A DNA stretch of 64,000 nucleotides from an uncultured Verrucomicrobiota bacterium (GTDB taxonomy: Bacteria > Verrucomicrobiota > Verrucomicrobiia > Limisphaerales > JAEYXS01). Where the stretch lies: positions 8,176 through 72,175 of the forward strand of contig CAZPUL010000002.1 of NCBI GenBank assembly GCA_964589735.1. The letters run 5' to 3'. How positions within the stretch are numbered: the first letter of the stretch is position 1; every line of letters starts with the position of its first letter. Positions 45,544 through 54,632 of this stretch are shown here, in pieces. Below the pieces are notes generated by a model. The model did not search any database, was not told the origin of the DNA, and was given only the letters and a program-made list of their open reading frames with translations. The translations under genes and the position numbers were made by a program.

Positions 45544-46152
45544 ATGAACAAACCATCCGTTGTTGTCTTTGATTTGGGGAAGGTGCTGCTGGATTTTGAT
45601 TATGGCATTATGACGCGGCAGTTGGAGCCGTTGTGCCGCATCAAGGGGACGGAACTGAAGCAGGTCATCGACCAGTCGCCGTTGCTGCATGAGTATGAGA
45701 CGGGGCTCATCAGCACGCCGGAGTTGTTCGAGGTGTTCGTGCAGCGGACGGGTTATGCGGGGAGTCTGGCGGAATTTGGGGCGGCCTTCGCGGACATTTT
45801 CACGGAGATTCCTGAGATGGTGGAGCTGCATGCGCGATTGCATCAGAGCGGGGTGCCGACGTTCATCTTTTCCAATACGAACGAGCTGGCGGTGGGGCAT
45901 GTGCGGCGGCAGTTTGGTTTCTTCGCGAACTTCACTGGTTACGTTTTTTCCCATGAGGTGCGGGCGATGAAGCCGGCAGCGAAGATCTACGAGGCGGTGG
46001 AGTCGATGACCGGCAAGCGCGGGGCGGAGATCCTTTACATCGATGACCGGAAGGAGAATGTGGAGGCGGGGGAAGCGCGCGGGTGGCATACGGTGTTTCA
46101 TCAGCACCCGCACGAGACGCGAAAGGTGGTGGCGGGGCATGGGCTGGTTTAA
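45544..46152 (+). CDS. HAD family hydrolase (subfamily IA)
   Basis: VVFDLGKVLLDFD is motif I (DxG/D). The FSNTN motif is present. YIDDRKENV is motif IV. Confidence 0.8.
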   Translation: MNKPSVVVFDLGKVLLDFDYGIMTRQLEPLCRIKGTELKQVIDQSPLLHEYETGLISTPELFEVFVQRTGYAGSLAEFGAAFADIFTEIPEMVELHARLHQSGVPTFIFSNTNELAVGHVRRQFGFFANFTGYVFSHEVRAMKPAAKIYEAVESMTGKRGAEILYIDDRKENVEAGEARGWHTVFHQHPHETRKVVAGHGLV

Positions 46153-46249
46153 CTGATCGGGGAATAAACCACGGAGACACTGAGAGCACGGAGCGGGAAG
46201 AGTTTTTGCCGCCGGGGCAGTCGTGGAACGCGTCCTTACCATGCGTGGG

Positions 46250-46585
46250 TTAGTGTGGCCGCATCTTGATTGAAGCCTGTTGCTTTTGCGTCTGTTCACA
46301 TTGGGCGCAGACATAGATGCGGGCTTTGGTTTGGCCGTGGAGGTTGAGGCTGGTGGCGGGGAGGCAATCGCCAGGGTGGGGGTATTGGGTCAGGCGACGT
46401 TTCCATTCGCCTTGTTGGGCTTCGGCTTTGCTCATGGGAATCATGCCGTAGGCGATGGGCACGGTGCGCTTGGTCATGGTGAGTTGGTGGACTTCGCAGG
46501 TGGCGGATTCTGTCTTGGTGTAATCGGGTGTGGTGTGGCAGGCGGTGAGGAGGAGGAGCGGGGCGAGGAATAAGATGCGGTGCAT
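46250..46585 (-). CDS. Small lipoprotein, hypothetical
   Basis: The lipobox LLLTAC follows MHRILFLAPL. 111 aa with a CAQC motif. Confidence 0.6.
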   Translation of the reverse strand: MHRILFLAPLLLLTACHTTPDYTKTESATCEVHQLTMTKRTVPIAYGMIPMSKAEAQQGEWKRRLTQYPHPGDCLPATSLNLHGQTKARIYVCAQCEQTQKQQASIKMRPH

Positions 46586-46659
46586 GAAGGTTGGACGGGA
46601 AAGGTTGGGGTTTGCTCTGGTGGAATAAACGAGAGTTTAAGGGTTAATGATGAGGGCGG

Positions 46660-46755
46660 TCGTCCGCCCCATCCGGGGCGGGGTGGCTGCATGGCGGTTT
46701 ACCACCAGTTCCCGTTGGTCACTGGTGGCTACTGGCGTTGGCCCCGTTCGGGGCC
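46660..46755 (+). repeat. Repeat family X (three consecutive hairpins), copy 1
   Basis: The three hairpins are CCGCCCC-atcc-GGGGCGG, CCACCAGT-tcccgttggtc-ACTGGTGG and GGCCCC-gttc-GGGGCC. A second copy lies at 48319-48413. Confidence 0.7.
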
Positions 46756-46770
46756 ATGTGTGAGTGGAGC

Positions 46771-46835
46771 TTTTGCGGGAGATTGGCCTGATGGTGCTCA
46801 GGGGTATTGCTGCCGGCGAGACGCCGGCGCTCCGG
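46771..46835 (+). repeat. Repeat family Y, copy 2 (uninterrupted)
   Basis: TTTTGCGGGAGATTGGCCTGATGGTGCTCAGGGGTATTGCTGCCGGCGAGACGCCGGCGCTCCGG. Confidence 0.7.
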
Positions 46836-46886
46836 GGAGCGGGTGGTTTGCTTGACCGAGGGTGGCGAGTGCATACTGTTTGGCGC

Positions 46887-47984
46887 ATGAAGTTCTCCGC
46901 CTGGTTCGCTGCGTTTGTTATGACGGTTCAGTTTGGTGGTCTGCTGGAGGGGGCGGATACGGCCAAGTCTGCATCGGCAGCTCCGAAGGTTTTGCCGATG
47001 GGGGTGTATCGTGGGGTGAATGAGACGGAGAAGGTGACGGCTTTCGGGCAGTGGACGGGGCAGCCGGTGTGGGGACAGGATTTCATCGGGTGGGAATCGT
47101 GGAGCAACGTCGGGTGGCCGATCTGGTGGCTGGAGAAGTGGAGCAAGTGGGTGCATGAACAGCCCGGGCGGCGGTTCGTGTTCGCGGTGCCGATGCTCAC
47201 CGGTCCCTTGGATGGCAGCGGTCCGAAGAAGGGAGACGTGGGGGTGGGTGAGCCGGTCTCGTTGGAGAAGGGGGCGGCCGGAGCTTATAATATTCACTAC
47301 CAACAGCTCGCGGAGAACCTGGTGAAGCACAAGCTGGCGGACACGATCTTGCGGCCGGGCTGGGAGTTCAACGGCAACTGGTATCCGTGGATGGCAAAGG
47401 GGAAGGAGGCGGCGTTCGCGGAGTATTGGCGGCAGATCGTGAAGACGATGCGGGCGGTGCCGGGCGCGGAGAAGTTGAAGTTTTGCTGGAATCCCACGTT
47501 GCGCCTGGAGCAGTTCCCGGCGGAGAAGGCGTGGCCGGGGGCGGAGTACGTGGATTACATCGGGCTGGATGTGTATGACGAGTCGTGGCAGGAGGGCAGC
47601 TATGCGTGGCCAGCGGGCACTCCGGCCGCGGAGATCGAGGCGCGGCAGCGCAAGGTGTGGGAGAAGGAGATCCTCAACGGCGATCATGGGCTGGCTTTCT
47701 GGAGCAAATTCGCACGCGAACAGAAACGGCCCTTGGCCATCTGCGAGTGGGGCGTGAAGAAGCGCCCAACGGGACATGGCGGGACGGACAATCCGCATTT
47801 CGTGGAGCAGATGCACCGGTTCATGAATGACGCGCAGAACAACGTGGCGTTTCACTGCTACTTCGATTTCAACTGCGAACCGCCGGACGGGCATCACCAG
47901 CTTTCACCAGGGGCGAAGGGCGAGTATGAGTTCCCGAAGTCATCGGTGAAGTTTTTGGAGCTGTTCGGGAAGAAGGGGAAATAA
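46887..47984 (+). CDS. Secreted GH26-like glycoside hydrolase (mannanase-type TIM barrel)
   Basis: Signal peptide. RPGWEFNGNWYPW contains the acid/base Glu context. YIGLDVYD matches. LAICEWGV is the nucleophile Glu context. Confidence 0.75.
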   Translation: MKFSAWFAAFVMTVQFGGLLEGADTAKSASAAPKVLPMGVYRGVNETEKVTAFGQWTGQPVWGQDFIGWESWSNVGWPIWWLEKWSKWVHEQPGRRFVFAVPMLTGPLDGSGPKKGDVGVGEPVSLEKGAAGAYNIHYQQLAENLVKHKLADTILRPGWEFNGNWYPWMAKGKEAAFAEYWRQIVKTMRAVPGAEKLKFCWNPTLRLEQFPAEKAWPGAEYVDYIGLDVYDESWQEGSYAWPAGTPAAEIEARQRKVWEKEILNGDHGLAFWSKFAREQKRPLAICEWGVKKRPTGHGGTDNPHFVEQMHRFMNDAQNNVAFHCYFDFNCEPPDGHHQLSPGAKGEYEFPKSSVKFLELFGKKGK

Positions 47985-48079
47985 AGCTCAAAATCCCAAG
48001 TTCAAAGTTCAAAAGAAGTTCCAATTGGGGCAAGGGTTTTTTGGCGGAGGGCTTTTTGCGAAATTGATCTGATGGTGCT

Positions 48080-48260
48080 TAGAGCGGTTTTAAAAATGAG
48101 GTAGCGGAGTGGTGGGAGAGAAAAGGTAAGCGGTCTTTTTGGGTTCTGGCGTCGGTTCGGCTCAGTCACAGGGTCCATGGAACCTGCTCCTTCGCCAAAG
48201 CCTCGCCAGAACCCAAAAATCCGCGCTCCACTCCGCTACATCATTTTTAAAAACGCTCTA
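48080..48260. mobile_element. MITE-like palindromic element, copy 2 (TA flanks included), inserted in repeat Y copy 3
   Basis: It has the same termini and core as 32105-32284. Its flanks reconstruct repeat Y when the element and one TA are removed. Confidence 0.75.
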
Positions 48261-48318
48261 GGGGTGTTGCTGCCGGCGGGACGCCGGCGCTCCGTGGCGA
48301 TGGGATGATTTGTGAGCT

Positions 48319-48413
48319 TCGTCCGCCCCATTCGGGGCGGTGCATGGTTATCCGATTTACCACCAGTTCCCGTTGGTCACTGGTGGCTACTGGCGGTGGC
48401 CCCGTTCGGGGCC
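48319..48413 (+). repeat. Repeat family X, copy 2
   Basis: The same three hairpins occur as in 46660-46755. The H1-H2 spacer differs. Confidence 0.7.
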
Positions 48414-48580
48414 GGGAGGGAAGGCGTCGGGTCGGGTGTGTGAACTTGGTGCTACGGCGGGCGTGCTCAACTGCCGGCCCCGAGCCGGATGTCGGGGCAC
48501 GGGTGGCGTGCTTCGCGTCACAGCCCCAGACCTCACCCGTTTGGAATCAGACCCGGAAGGGGGGCTTGGCCCGCCAAAGG

Positions 48581-48817
48581 ACGCCAAATAGGGAGGGAAA
48601 AGGGAGTGTCGCGCCTCCAGCTCAACGCCGGGGTGAAATTTGACCAATCACCGCGAATTATTTTTAGGAGAAATGCGGTTTTTGACGGTTTTCCATTTCT
48701 AACATTCTTATTATGAGCGGGTTATGATATTCCAAAATATTTTTAACAGAGAGGGAGGTAGGACAGCGGATGTCCTAGTGCCCTGGGTATGATACCGGCA
48801 TGAAAGATGAAAAAGGG
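48581..48817 (+). repeat. AT-rich conserved upstream module U, copy 2 (upstream of DUF1549/DUF1553 gene)
   Basis: It has the same boxes and spacing as 39138-39385. The palindrome is at 48759-48777. Confidence 0.7.
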
Positions 48818-49042
48818 AGTTTTTGGAGGGCAGCAGGGGGAAGCCGCGAAAATGTGGCTGATGAGGCAAAATTTAGCCGTAACCTAATGAGGAAGCCAGA
48901 ACGTCTAATGGGAGAACATATCCCTTGCGTGTTTGGGGCGGTTGCGGTGTTATTTGGTCACCGCCTAATTGGAATACGCAGCAGGATTAACGTTAATCTG
49001 CCAGCTTTGCTGTATTGGGAGCGGCAAAAACAGGTTTTTATC

Positions 49043-51772
49043 ATGAGTAAAGCCAGTCAATTTTGGTCGCAGGTCGTGACCTTGCTCGTCTCATTTTCTT
49101 TCATCGCGCCGCTGGCCGCTGCGCCGGCTGCCAAGTTGCCGACGGCGGGTGAGCGCTGGGTCAGTATGGAGAAGGCGGAGGTGCCGAGTTTTCGCCGGCA
49201 TGTGGTTCCCTTGATGAGCCGGTCAGGCTGCAGTGGTCGTGAGTGCCACGGATCGTTTGCCGGTCAGGGTGGATTCCAACTTTCGCTCTTTGGTTACGAC
49301 TTCGAGAAGGATCACCATGAGATCACGGCGGACAAGGAAGATGGCATCCGGATTGAAAAGGAAAATCCCGCGCAGAGCCTGGTACTCCTGAAAGCGACGA
49401 ATGAGGAGAAGCACAAAGGCAAGGAACGCATCAAGAAGGGTTCTTGGGAATATAACCTGTTGCTGAAATGGATCGCGGAAGGCGCGAAGATCGATGTGGC
49501 CGAGACGGGCGAATTCGACCGGTTGGAGATCCAGCCGAAGGAGATCGTTTTCAAGAAGACGGGTGAAGCGGTGCAGCTCAAGGTGCTGGCACATTGGAAA
49601 GACGGCACGGTGGAGGATGTGACGCAGATCACGCGCTTCCGCACGAATGATGACACGGTCTCGAATGTCTCGGACACAGGTGAAGTGAAATGCTCCGGTC
49701 CTGGCGACACGCACATCGTGGCGTTTTACGACAACGGTGTGCTGCCCATCCCGGTGATGTTGCCGGTGAGCGACAAAGTGGGGCCGAAGTATCCGAAAGT
49801 GGTGACGCGCACACCGGTGGATGAGCTGGTGGTGAACAAGCTGCGCAAGGTGGGCATCGTGCCCTCCGATGTGGCGGGTGATACGGAGTTCCTGCGCCGG
49901 GTGAGCCTGGATGTGACGGGTACGCTCCCGACACCTTCTGAGATCCGGGAATTCGTGGCGGATAAATCATCCGACAAACGGGCGAAGAAGATCGATGAAT
50001 TGCTGAACCGTCCGGCTTACGCCGCATGGTGGGCGACGCAGATGTGTGATTGGACCGGAAACAATGCGGCGCAGCTACGTGGCGCAGGGGAGAAGGATTA
50101 CAACAACGAACTGTCCCGCCTGTGGTACGACTGGATCGAGTCGCGCGTGGCGAAGAACGAGCCGTATGACAAGCTGGTGGCGGGCATCGTACTCGCGACG
50201 GGCCGCACGAGCCAGGATCAATCTTATGAGGATTACGCCCGCGAGATGTCTTCCTATCTGAAGAAGGAGAATCCGGCGGACATCGCGGACCGGCCGAACA
50301 TGCCGTTCTTCTGGTTGCGCCAAAATGTCAAGAAACCGCAGGAGAAGGCGCTGGCCTTCGCGCACAGCTTCCTGGGTGTGCGCATCGAGTGCGCCGAGTG
50401 CCACAAGCATCCGTTTGATCAATGGACGAAGACGGATTTCATGCAGTTCCAGGCGTTTTTTGAGCCGATCACTTACGGCGGGCGCAAAGACAAGGAGGGC
50501 GTCACCTATGCCAGCATGGTGACCAAGCTGCGCGAGATGATCGGCGAAGTGGACAAGCGCGAGCAGAAGAAGAAGATGGAGGCGGAATTTGAAAAATTGG
50601 TGCGGGCAGGTGAACCGGCCCCGTGGCAGGAGCTGTATGTGAACCAGGTCGCGACGCGCAAGCTTTCGGACAAGGACATCGCCCGCATCAAGGCGAAGAA
50701 CCCTAACTACAACAGTCGCGTGGCCACGCCGAAGATCCTGGGCGGCGAGGAAGTCTCGCTCACGGATTATCCCGATCCGCGCGCGCCCTTGATGGAGTGG
50801 ATGCGTGATCCGGAGAATGCGTATTTCGCCCGGGCTTTCGTGAATCGCGTGTGGGCGAATTATTTCGGGCGCGGCATCGTGGAGCCGGCCGATGACATGA
50901 ACCTGGCGAACCCGCCGGTGAACAAGGAATTGATGGATTACCTGGCCACGCAATTCGCCGCGAAGGGCTATGACATGAAGTGGTTGCATCGCGAGATCTT
51001 GAACAGCGACACGTATCAGCGCACATGGAAGCCAAATGACACGAACCGGCTGGATGAAAAGAATTTCAGCCACATGGTGCTGCGGCGTCTGCCGGCCGAG
51101 GTGGCGATGGACGCGATCACGATGGCGACGGCTTCGAGCCGGGACCAGTCCACCTTTGCGGGCAACATCGAGAAGCGGGCGATCGGGCCGATGGCGGCCA
51201 TTGGCACGCGCAAGGGCTTGAGCAGTTATTCGCTGACGACCTTTGGCAAGCCGGCACGGCTGACGAATTGCGATTGTGAACGCACGGCTGACCCGACGTT
51301 GTTGCAAACGCTTTTCACACGGAACGATCCGGAGTTGCTGACCAAGCTGGAGGGTGGTTCGAAAGACAGCGCATGGATCAGTGAATTGCGCAATCAGAAC
51401 GCCGGACCAGAAGTGAAAAAGGCGACGGATGAACTGCGCAAAACCCGAGCCACACGGGATAACTTGAGGAAACGGAAACAGATGCACATCGAGAAGGGGA
51501 CGGCGACGGAAACGGTGCTGAAACAGGTGGAGGCGCAGATCGCCGCGACGGAAGAGAAAGAGAAACAACTGGTGGTCACGACGAAGCCGCCGGCCATCAA
51601 TCAGGATGAAATCATCACGGAGATTTATTTGCGCACAGTAAGCCGTTTCCCGACAGCGGCAGAACTGAAGCTGGCCAAGGAGGACTTGGCCGCGGCGAAA
51701 GACCCGGTGGATGGCGTGCGCGACGTCCTGTGGGCGATGCTGAATGCGCGTGAATTTTTGGTGAATCACTAA
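49043..51772 (+). CDS. DUF1549 (PSCyt2) + Big_2 + DUF1553 (PSD) domain protein
   Basis: Signal peptide MSKASQFWSQVVTLLVSFSFIAPLAAAPA. CSGRECHGSFAGQGGFQLS has a heme-like CxxCH. RIECAECHKHPFDQW matches. The C-terminal REFLVNH motif is present. Confidence 0.9.
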   Translation: MSKASQFWSQVVTLLVSFSFIAPLAAAPAAKLPTAGERWVSMEKAEVPSFRRHVVPLMSRSGCSGRECHGSFAGQGGFQLSLFGYDFEKDHHEITADKEDGIRIEKENPAQSLVLLKATNEEKHKGKERIKKGSWEYNLLLKWIAEGAKIDVAETGEFDRLEIQPKEIVFKKTGEAVQLKVLAHWKDGTVEDVTQITRFRTNDDTVSNVSDTGEVKCSGPGDTHIVAFYDNGVLPIPVMLPVSDKVGPKYPKVVTRTPVDELVVNKLRKVGIVPSDVAGDTEFLRRVSLDVTGTLPTPSEIREFVADKSSDKRAKKIDELLNRPAYAAWWATQMCDWTGNNAAQLRGAGEKDYNNELSRLWYDWIESRVAKNEPYDKLVAGIVLATGRTSQDQSYEDYAREMSSYLKKENPADIADRPNMPFFWLRQNVKKPQEKALAFAHSFLGVRIECAECHKHPFDQWTKTDFMQFQAFFEPITYGGRKDKEGVTYASMVTKLREMIGEVDKREQKKKMEAEFEKLVRAGEPAPWQELYVNQVATRKLSDKDIARIKAKNPNYNSRVATPKILGGEEVSLTDYPDPRAPLMEWMRDPENAYFARAFVNRVWANYFGRGIVEPADDMNLANPPVNKELMDYLATQFAAKGYDMKWLHREILNSDTYQRTWKPNDTNRLDEKNFSHMVLRRLPAEVAMDAITMATASSRDQSTFAGNIEKRAIGPMAAIGTRKGLSSYSLTTFGKPARLTNCDCERTADPTLLQTLFTRNDPELLTKLEGGSKDSAWISELRNQNAGPEVKKATDELRKTRATRDNLRKRKQMHIEKGTATETVLKQVEAQIAATEEKEKQLVVTTKPPAINQDEIITEIYLRTVSRFPTAAELKLAKEDLAAAKDPVDGVRDVLWAMLNAREFLVNH

Positions 51773-51784
51773 ACGGAAAACTTT

Positions 51785-53083
51785 ATGGCTAACCACTCCT
51801 ATTGTGACGGCGTCAACCGCCGCGACTTCCTGCGTGTCGGTGCCCTGGCGGGCATCGGCTTGAGCCTGCCGAACTTCCTGCAACTCCAGGCGCAGGGCGG
51901 CGTCACGCCCGCGAAGGGCAAGGCGGCCATCTACGTGCGGCTCTCGGGCGGTCCGAGCCACATGGACACGTTCGATCTCAAGCCGGACGCGCCTGATACG
52001 CATCGCGGCGAGTTCAAGGAGATCGCGACGAATGTGCCCGGCGTGCGCATCAGCGAGCATCTGCCGAAGCTGGCGCAGTGCGCAGACAAGTACACGATCT
52101 TGCGCGGGGTGAGTCATACACTTGCGGCCCATGAACTGGGCAGCGCCTACATGATGACGGGCAATCGCCCGATCGCCTCGCTGCGTTATCCTTCCTACGG
52201 TTCCGTGGTCGCGCGGGAGATGAGCGCGCCAGAATACTTGCCGCCGTTCGTGGCTATCCCGAGCCAGGGTAACTATGCCACGGGTTTCATGGGGCCGGAG
52301 TTTGGGCCGTTCGAGACGGGTTCTGCGCCGACGGCGGGGCGTGCGCTTGAGGTGCGCGGCCTGGCCTTGCGCAACGGCGTGACGCTGGAAGACGTCGATC
52401 GCCGCCAGAACTTGGTGAAGCGTTATGACACGGCCTTTGGCGAGTTCGCGAAGGAGGACAAATTACTCGCGGGCATGGACCAGTTCGGCCAGAAGGCGTA
52501 CGAGATGATGCGCTCGGAGAAGTCGCGCGAGGCGTTCGATTTGCGCAAGGAATCGGAGAACATCACGAAGCTGTTCGGCGCGGACCAGTTCTCGCAGAGC
52601 TGTCTGCTGGCGACACGGCTGGTGGAATCCGGCGTGCGGTTTGTCACCGTGACCCTCGGCGGCTGGGATACGCATGACCAGAATTTTGCGAAGCTGAAGG
52701 ATAAGAACCTGCCGACGCTCGATGCGGGTCTCTCAGGCCTTTTCCTCGCGCTCGCAGCGAAGGGTTTGCTCGATACGACGTCGGTGTTCGTGACGGGTGA
52801 GTTCGGTCGCACGCCGAAGATCAATGCACGTGGCGGACGCGATCACTATCCGCGCGCGATGTTCTGTCTGCTCGCCGGTGGTGGCATCCAGGGCGGACGC
52901 GTGATTGGCGAATCTGATGCGAAGGGTGAAGGCCCGAAGGACAAGGCCATCACGCCGGATGACGTGGCGGCCACGTACTATCACTCGCTGGGTATCAATC
53001 CGACGAAGGAGTATCATACGCCGAGCGGACGTCCGGTGATGATCGTGCGTTACGGCAAGGTGATGAACGAGTTGTTTGCCTGA
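51785..53083 (+). CDS. DUF1501 (sulfatase-like) protein with twin-arginine signal
   Basis: The motifs NRRDFLRVGALAG, LSGGPSHMDTFDLKP, GGWDTHDQN and GEFGRTP...GGRDHYP match. This is the classical partner of the upstream PSCyt/PSD gene. Confidence 0.9.
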   Translation: MANHSYCDGVNRRDFLRVGALAGIGLSLPNFLQLQAQGGVTPAKGKAAIYVRLSGGPSHMDTFDLKPDAPDTHRGEFKEIATNVPGVRISEHLPKLAQCADKYTILRGVSHTLAAHELGSAYMMTGNRPIASLRYPSYGSVVAREMSAPEYLPPFVAIPSQGNYATGFMGPEFGPFETGSAPTAGRALEVRGLALRNGVTLEDVDRRQNLVKRYDTAFGEFAKEDKLLAGMDQFGQKAYEMMRSEKSREAFDLRKESENITKLFGADQFSQSCLLATRLVESGVRFVTVTLGGWDTHDQNFAKLKDKNLPTLDAGLSGLFLALAAKGLLDTTSVFVTGEFGRTPKINARGGRDHYPRAMFCLLAGGGIQGGRVIGESDAKGEGPKDKAITPDDVAATYYHSLGINPTKEYHTPSGRPVMIVRYGKVMNELFA

Positions 53084-53102
53084 GCGGAGAAGAATTCAAG
53101 CG

Positions 53103-53142
53103 ACCCCGGCATTGCGCGAGCGGTGCCGGGGTTTTGCTTTTT
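53103..53142 (+). terminator. Rho-independent terminator
   Basis: ACCCCGGCA-12 nt-TGCCGGGGT is followed by TTTGCTTTTT. Confidence 0.7.
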
Positions 53143-53249
53143 CAGAACTGGCAGTGCGACGGGGTTGAAAACACACTCGACACCACCCGCAGGTTTTCCA
53201 CACTGGCCCCCGTCGGAGACGCTGCAACTCGTTTCCGGCGCTGTCACCT

Positions 53250-54611
53250 GTGGAACGCACCAATGCCAGTTCACCGGCCCCGGTATTTCCCGCGGGCATC
53301 GGGAACATCTTTGCTTTCGCGGCTTTCAACGCGCTGTCCTTCCAGATCGTCCTGGGCAGCCCGATGATCCTGTATGCGAAGACGCTGGATGCCAGCGCCA
53401 CGGTGCTCGGTATCATCGCGGGCATGATGCCGCTGCTGGTCATCTTCCAGATCCCGGCGGCGAAGCATGTGGCCAGCGTGGGCTATAAGAAATTCGTCCT
53501 CGGTGGCTGGTCCATCCGCGTGGTGTTCATCTTTCTGATGGCCTTGGTGCCGTTGAGCGAAGTGTTCTTGAGCAAGGAATCGCGGCTCTCGCTGATGCTC
53601 TTCCTGCTGTTCTTCTTCAATCTTTCGCGAGGCATTTCCAGTTGCGGCTGGCTCCCTTGGATCACCTCATTGATCCCGGGCGAGATCCGTGGGCGCTACC
53701 TGTCGCGTGAGGCGGCGATGGTGAACATCGCCAGTTTCATCACCATGATCATAGCGGCCGCTTCTTTGGGGAAAGATCCGCAAGCGTGGCAATTCGCCGC
53801 CATCATCGCCTTCAGCGCGCTGATGGGGGCGGCCAGCCTGGTGTTCCTGAAACGCATCCCGGAAGTGGCCGCGCCGGCGCAGATCGCCAGTTCAAATACG
53901 CCGGTGCCGTGGAAGGAGATTTCAAGCTATCCGCCGTTTAGGAAGCTGCTGAATCTGAGTGTGGTCTGGTCGTTTGCCTACGGCGGCATGGGTGCTTTTC
54001 CCATCGCCTACTTGAAGGTGATGGCGGGTGTGCCGGAGGGTAAGATCCTGTTCATGACCTCAGCGGCTTTCATCGGCGGGCTTTGCAGTCTGTGGCTGCT
54101 GGGGGCTCGGTTGGATCGCTTGGGCAGCAAGCCCGCGTTGGCCTTGGGGCATACGTTCTTTTTGCTCATCGTCGCCGGCTGGTTTTTGCTCGCGGCGAAA
54201 GTCATCGCGTTTTCCATCACCAGCGTGCTCGTGCTCATGTTTCTCACGGGCATGAGTGCCTCCATCACCGGCATGGCGATGACCCGGCTGGCCATGGCGG
54301 TGGTGCCGGAGATGGGGCGGTCCCATTTCTTCGCGCTTTATTCCGTGGCGGGCAGCCTTTCCCTGGGCATCGCTCCAGTGGTCTGGGGCGTGCTGATCGA
54401 TGCCATGCAGGCATCGGAGTTTATCTGGCAGGGGATGGATTTGAACCGCTATGCGTGGTTCTTCCTCGCCGTGTTCGTCACGTTCCTGTTTTCCCTCAAT
54501 CAATGCCGCAAGCTGGTCGAGCCAGCCGCCGGCAGCATGGAAGATCTGTTGAAGGACATCCTCAGCCAGACGCCCCTGCGCGTGTGGGTCCGCTTTTGGC
54601 AGAGATTTTAA
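53250..54611 (+). CDS. MFS transporter
   Basis: About 12 predicted TM helices across 453 aa. GTG start. Confidence 0.75.
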   Translation: MERTNASSPAPVFPAGIGNIFAFAAFNALSFQIVLGSPMILYAKTLDASATVLGIIAGMMPLLVIFQIPAAKHVASVGYKKFVLGGWSIRVVFIFLMALVPLSEVFLSKESRLSLMLFLLFFFNLSRGISSCGWLPWITSLIPGEIRGRYLSREAAMVNIASFITMIIAAASLGKDPQAWQFAAIIAFSALMGAASLVFLKRIPEVAAPAQIASSNTPVPWKEISSYPPFRKLLNLSVVWSFAYGGMGAFPIAYLKVMAGVPEGKILFMTSAAFIGGLCSLWLLGARLDRLGSKPALALGHTFFLLIVAGWFLLAAKVIAFSITSVLVLMFLTGMSASITGMAMTRLAMAVVPEMGRSHFFALYSVAGSLSLGIAPVVWGVLIDAMQASEFIWQGMDLNRYAWFFLAVFVTFLFSLNQCRKLVEPAAGSMEDLLKDILSQTPLRVWVRFWQRF

Positions 54612-54632
54612 GAGCTGGGCCGCTGCCTGGCC

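Noticed and set aside
46580-46855. The ORFs at 46580-46855 and 48340-48591 share the peptide YHQFPLVTGGYWRWPRSGP, which suggests a small protein family.
   Set aside because: The shared peptide is the translation of the triple-hairpin DNA repeat X. The flanking residues are unrelated and the frames start and stop arbitrarily, so conservation is at the nucleotide and structure level.
48800-49042. An N-terminal 81-codon extension of the DUF1549/DUF1553 gene, as called by the ORF track (990 aa).
   Set aside because: The extension lies in repeat module U and lacks export signals, whereas ATG 49043 begins a canonical signal peptide. It is kept only as a possible upstream-ORF observation.
50075-52132. 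A 685-aa minus-strand ORF spanning two plus-strand genes.
   Set aside because: It crosses the boundary between the DUF1553 and DUF1501 genes and has low-complexity composition. It is a shadow ORF.
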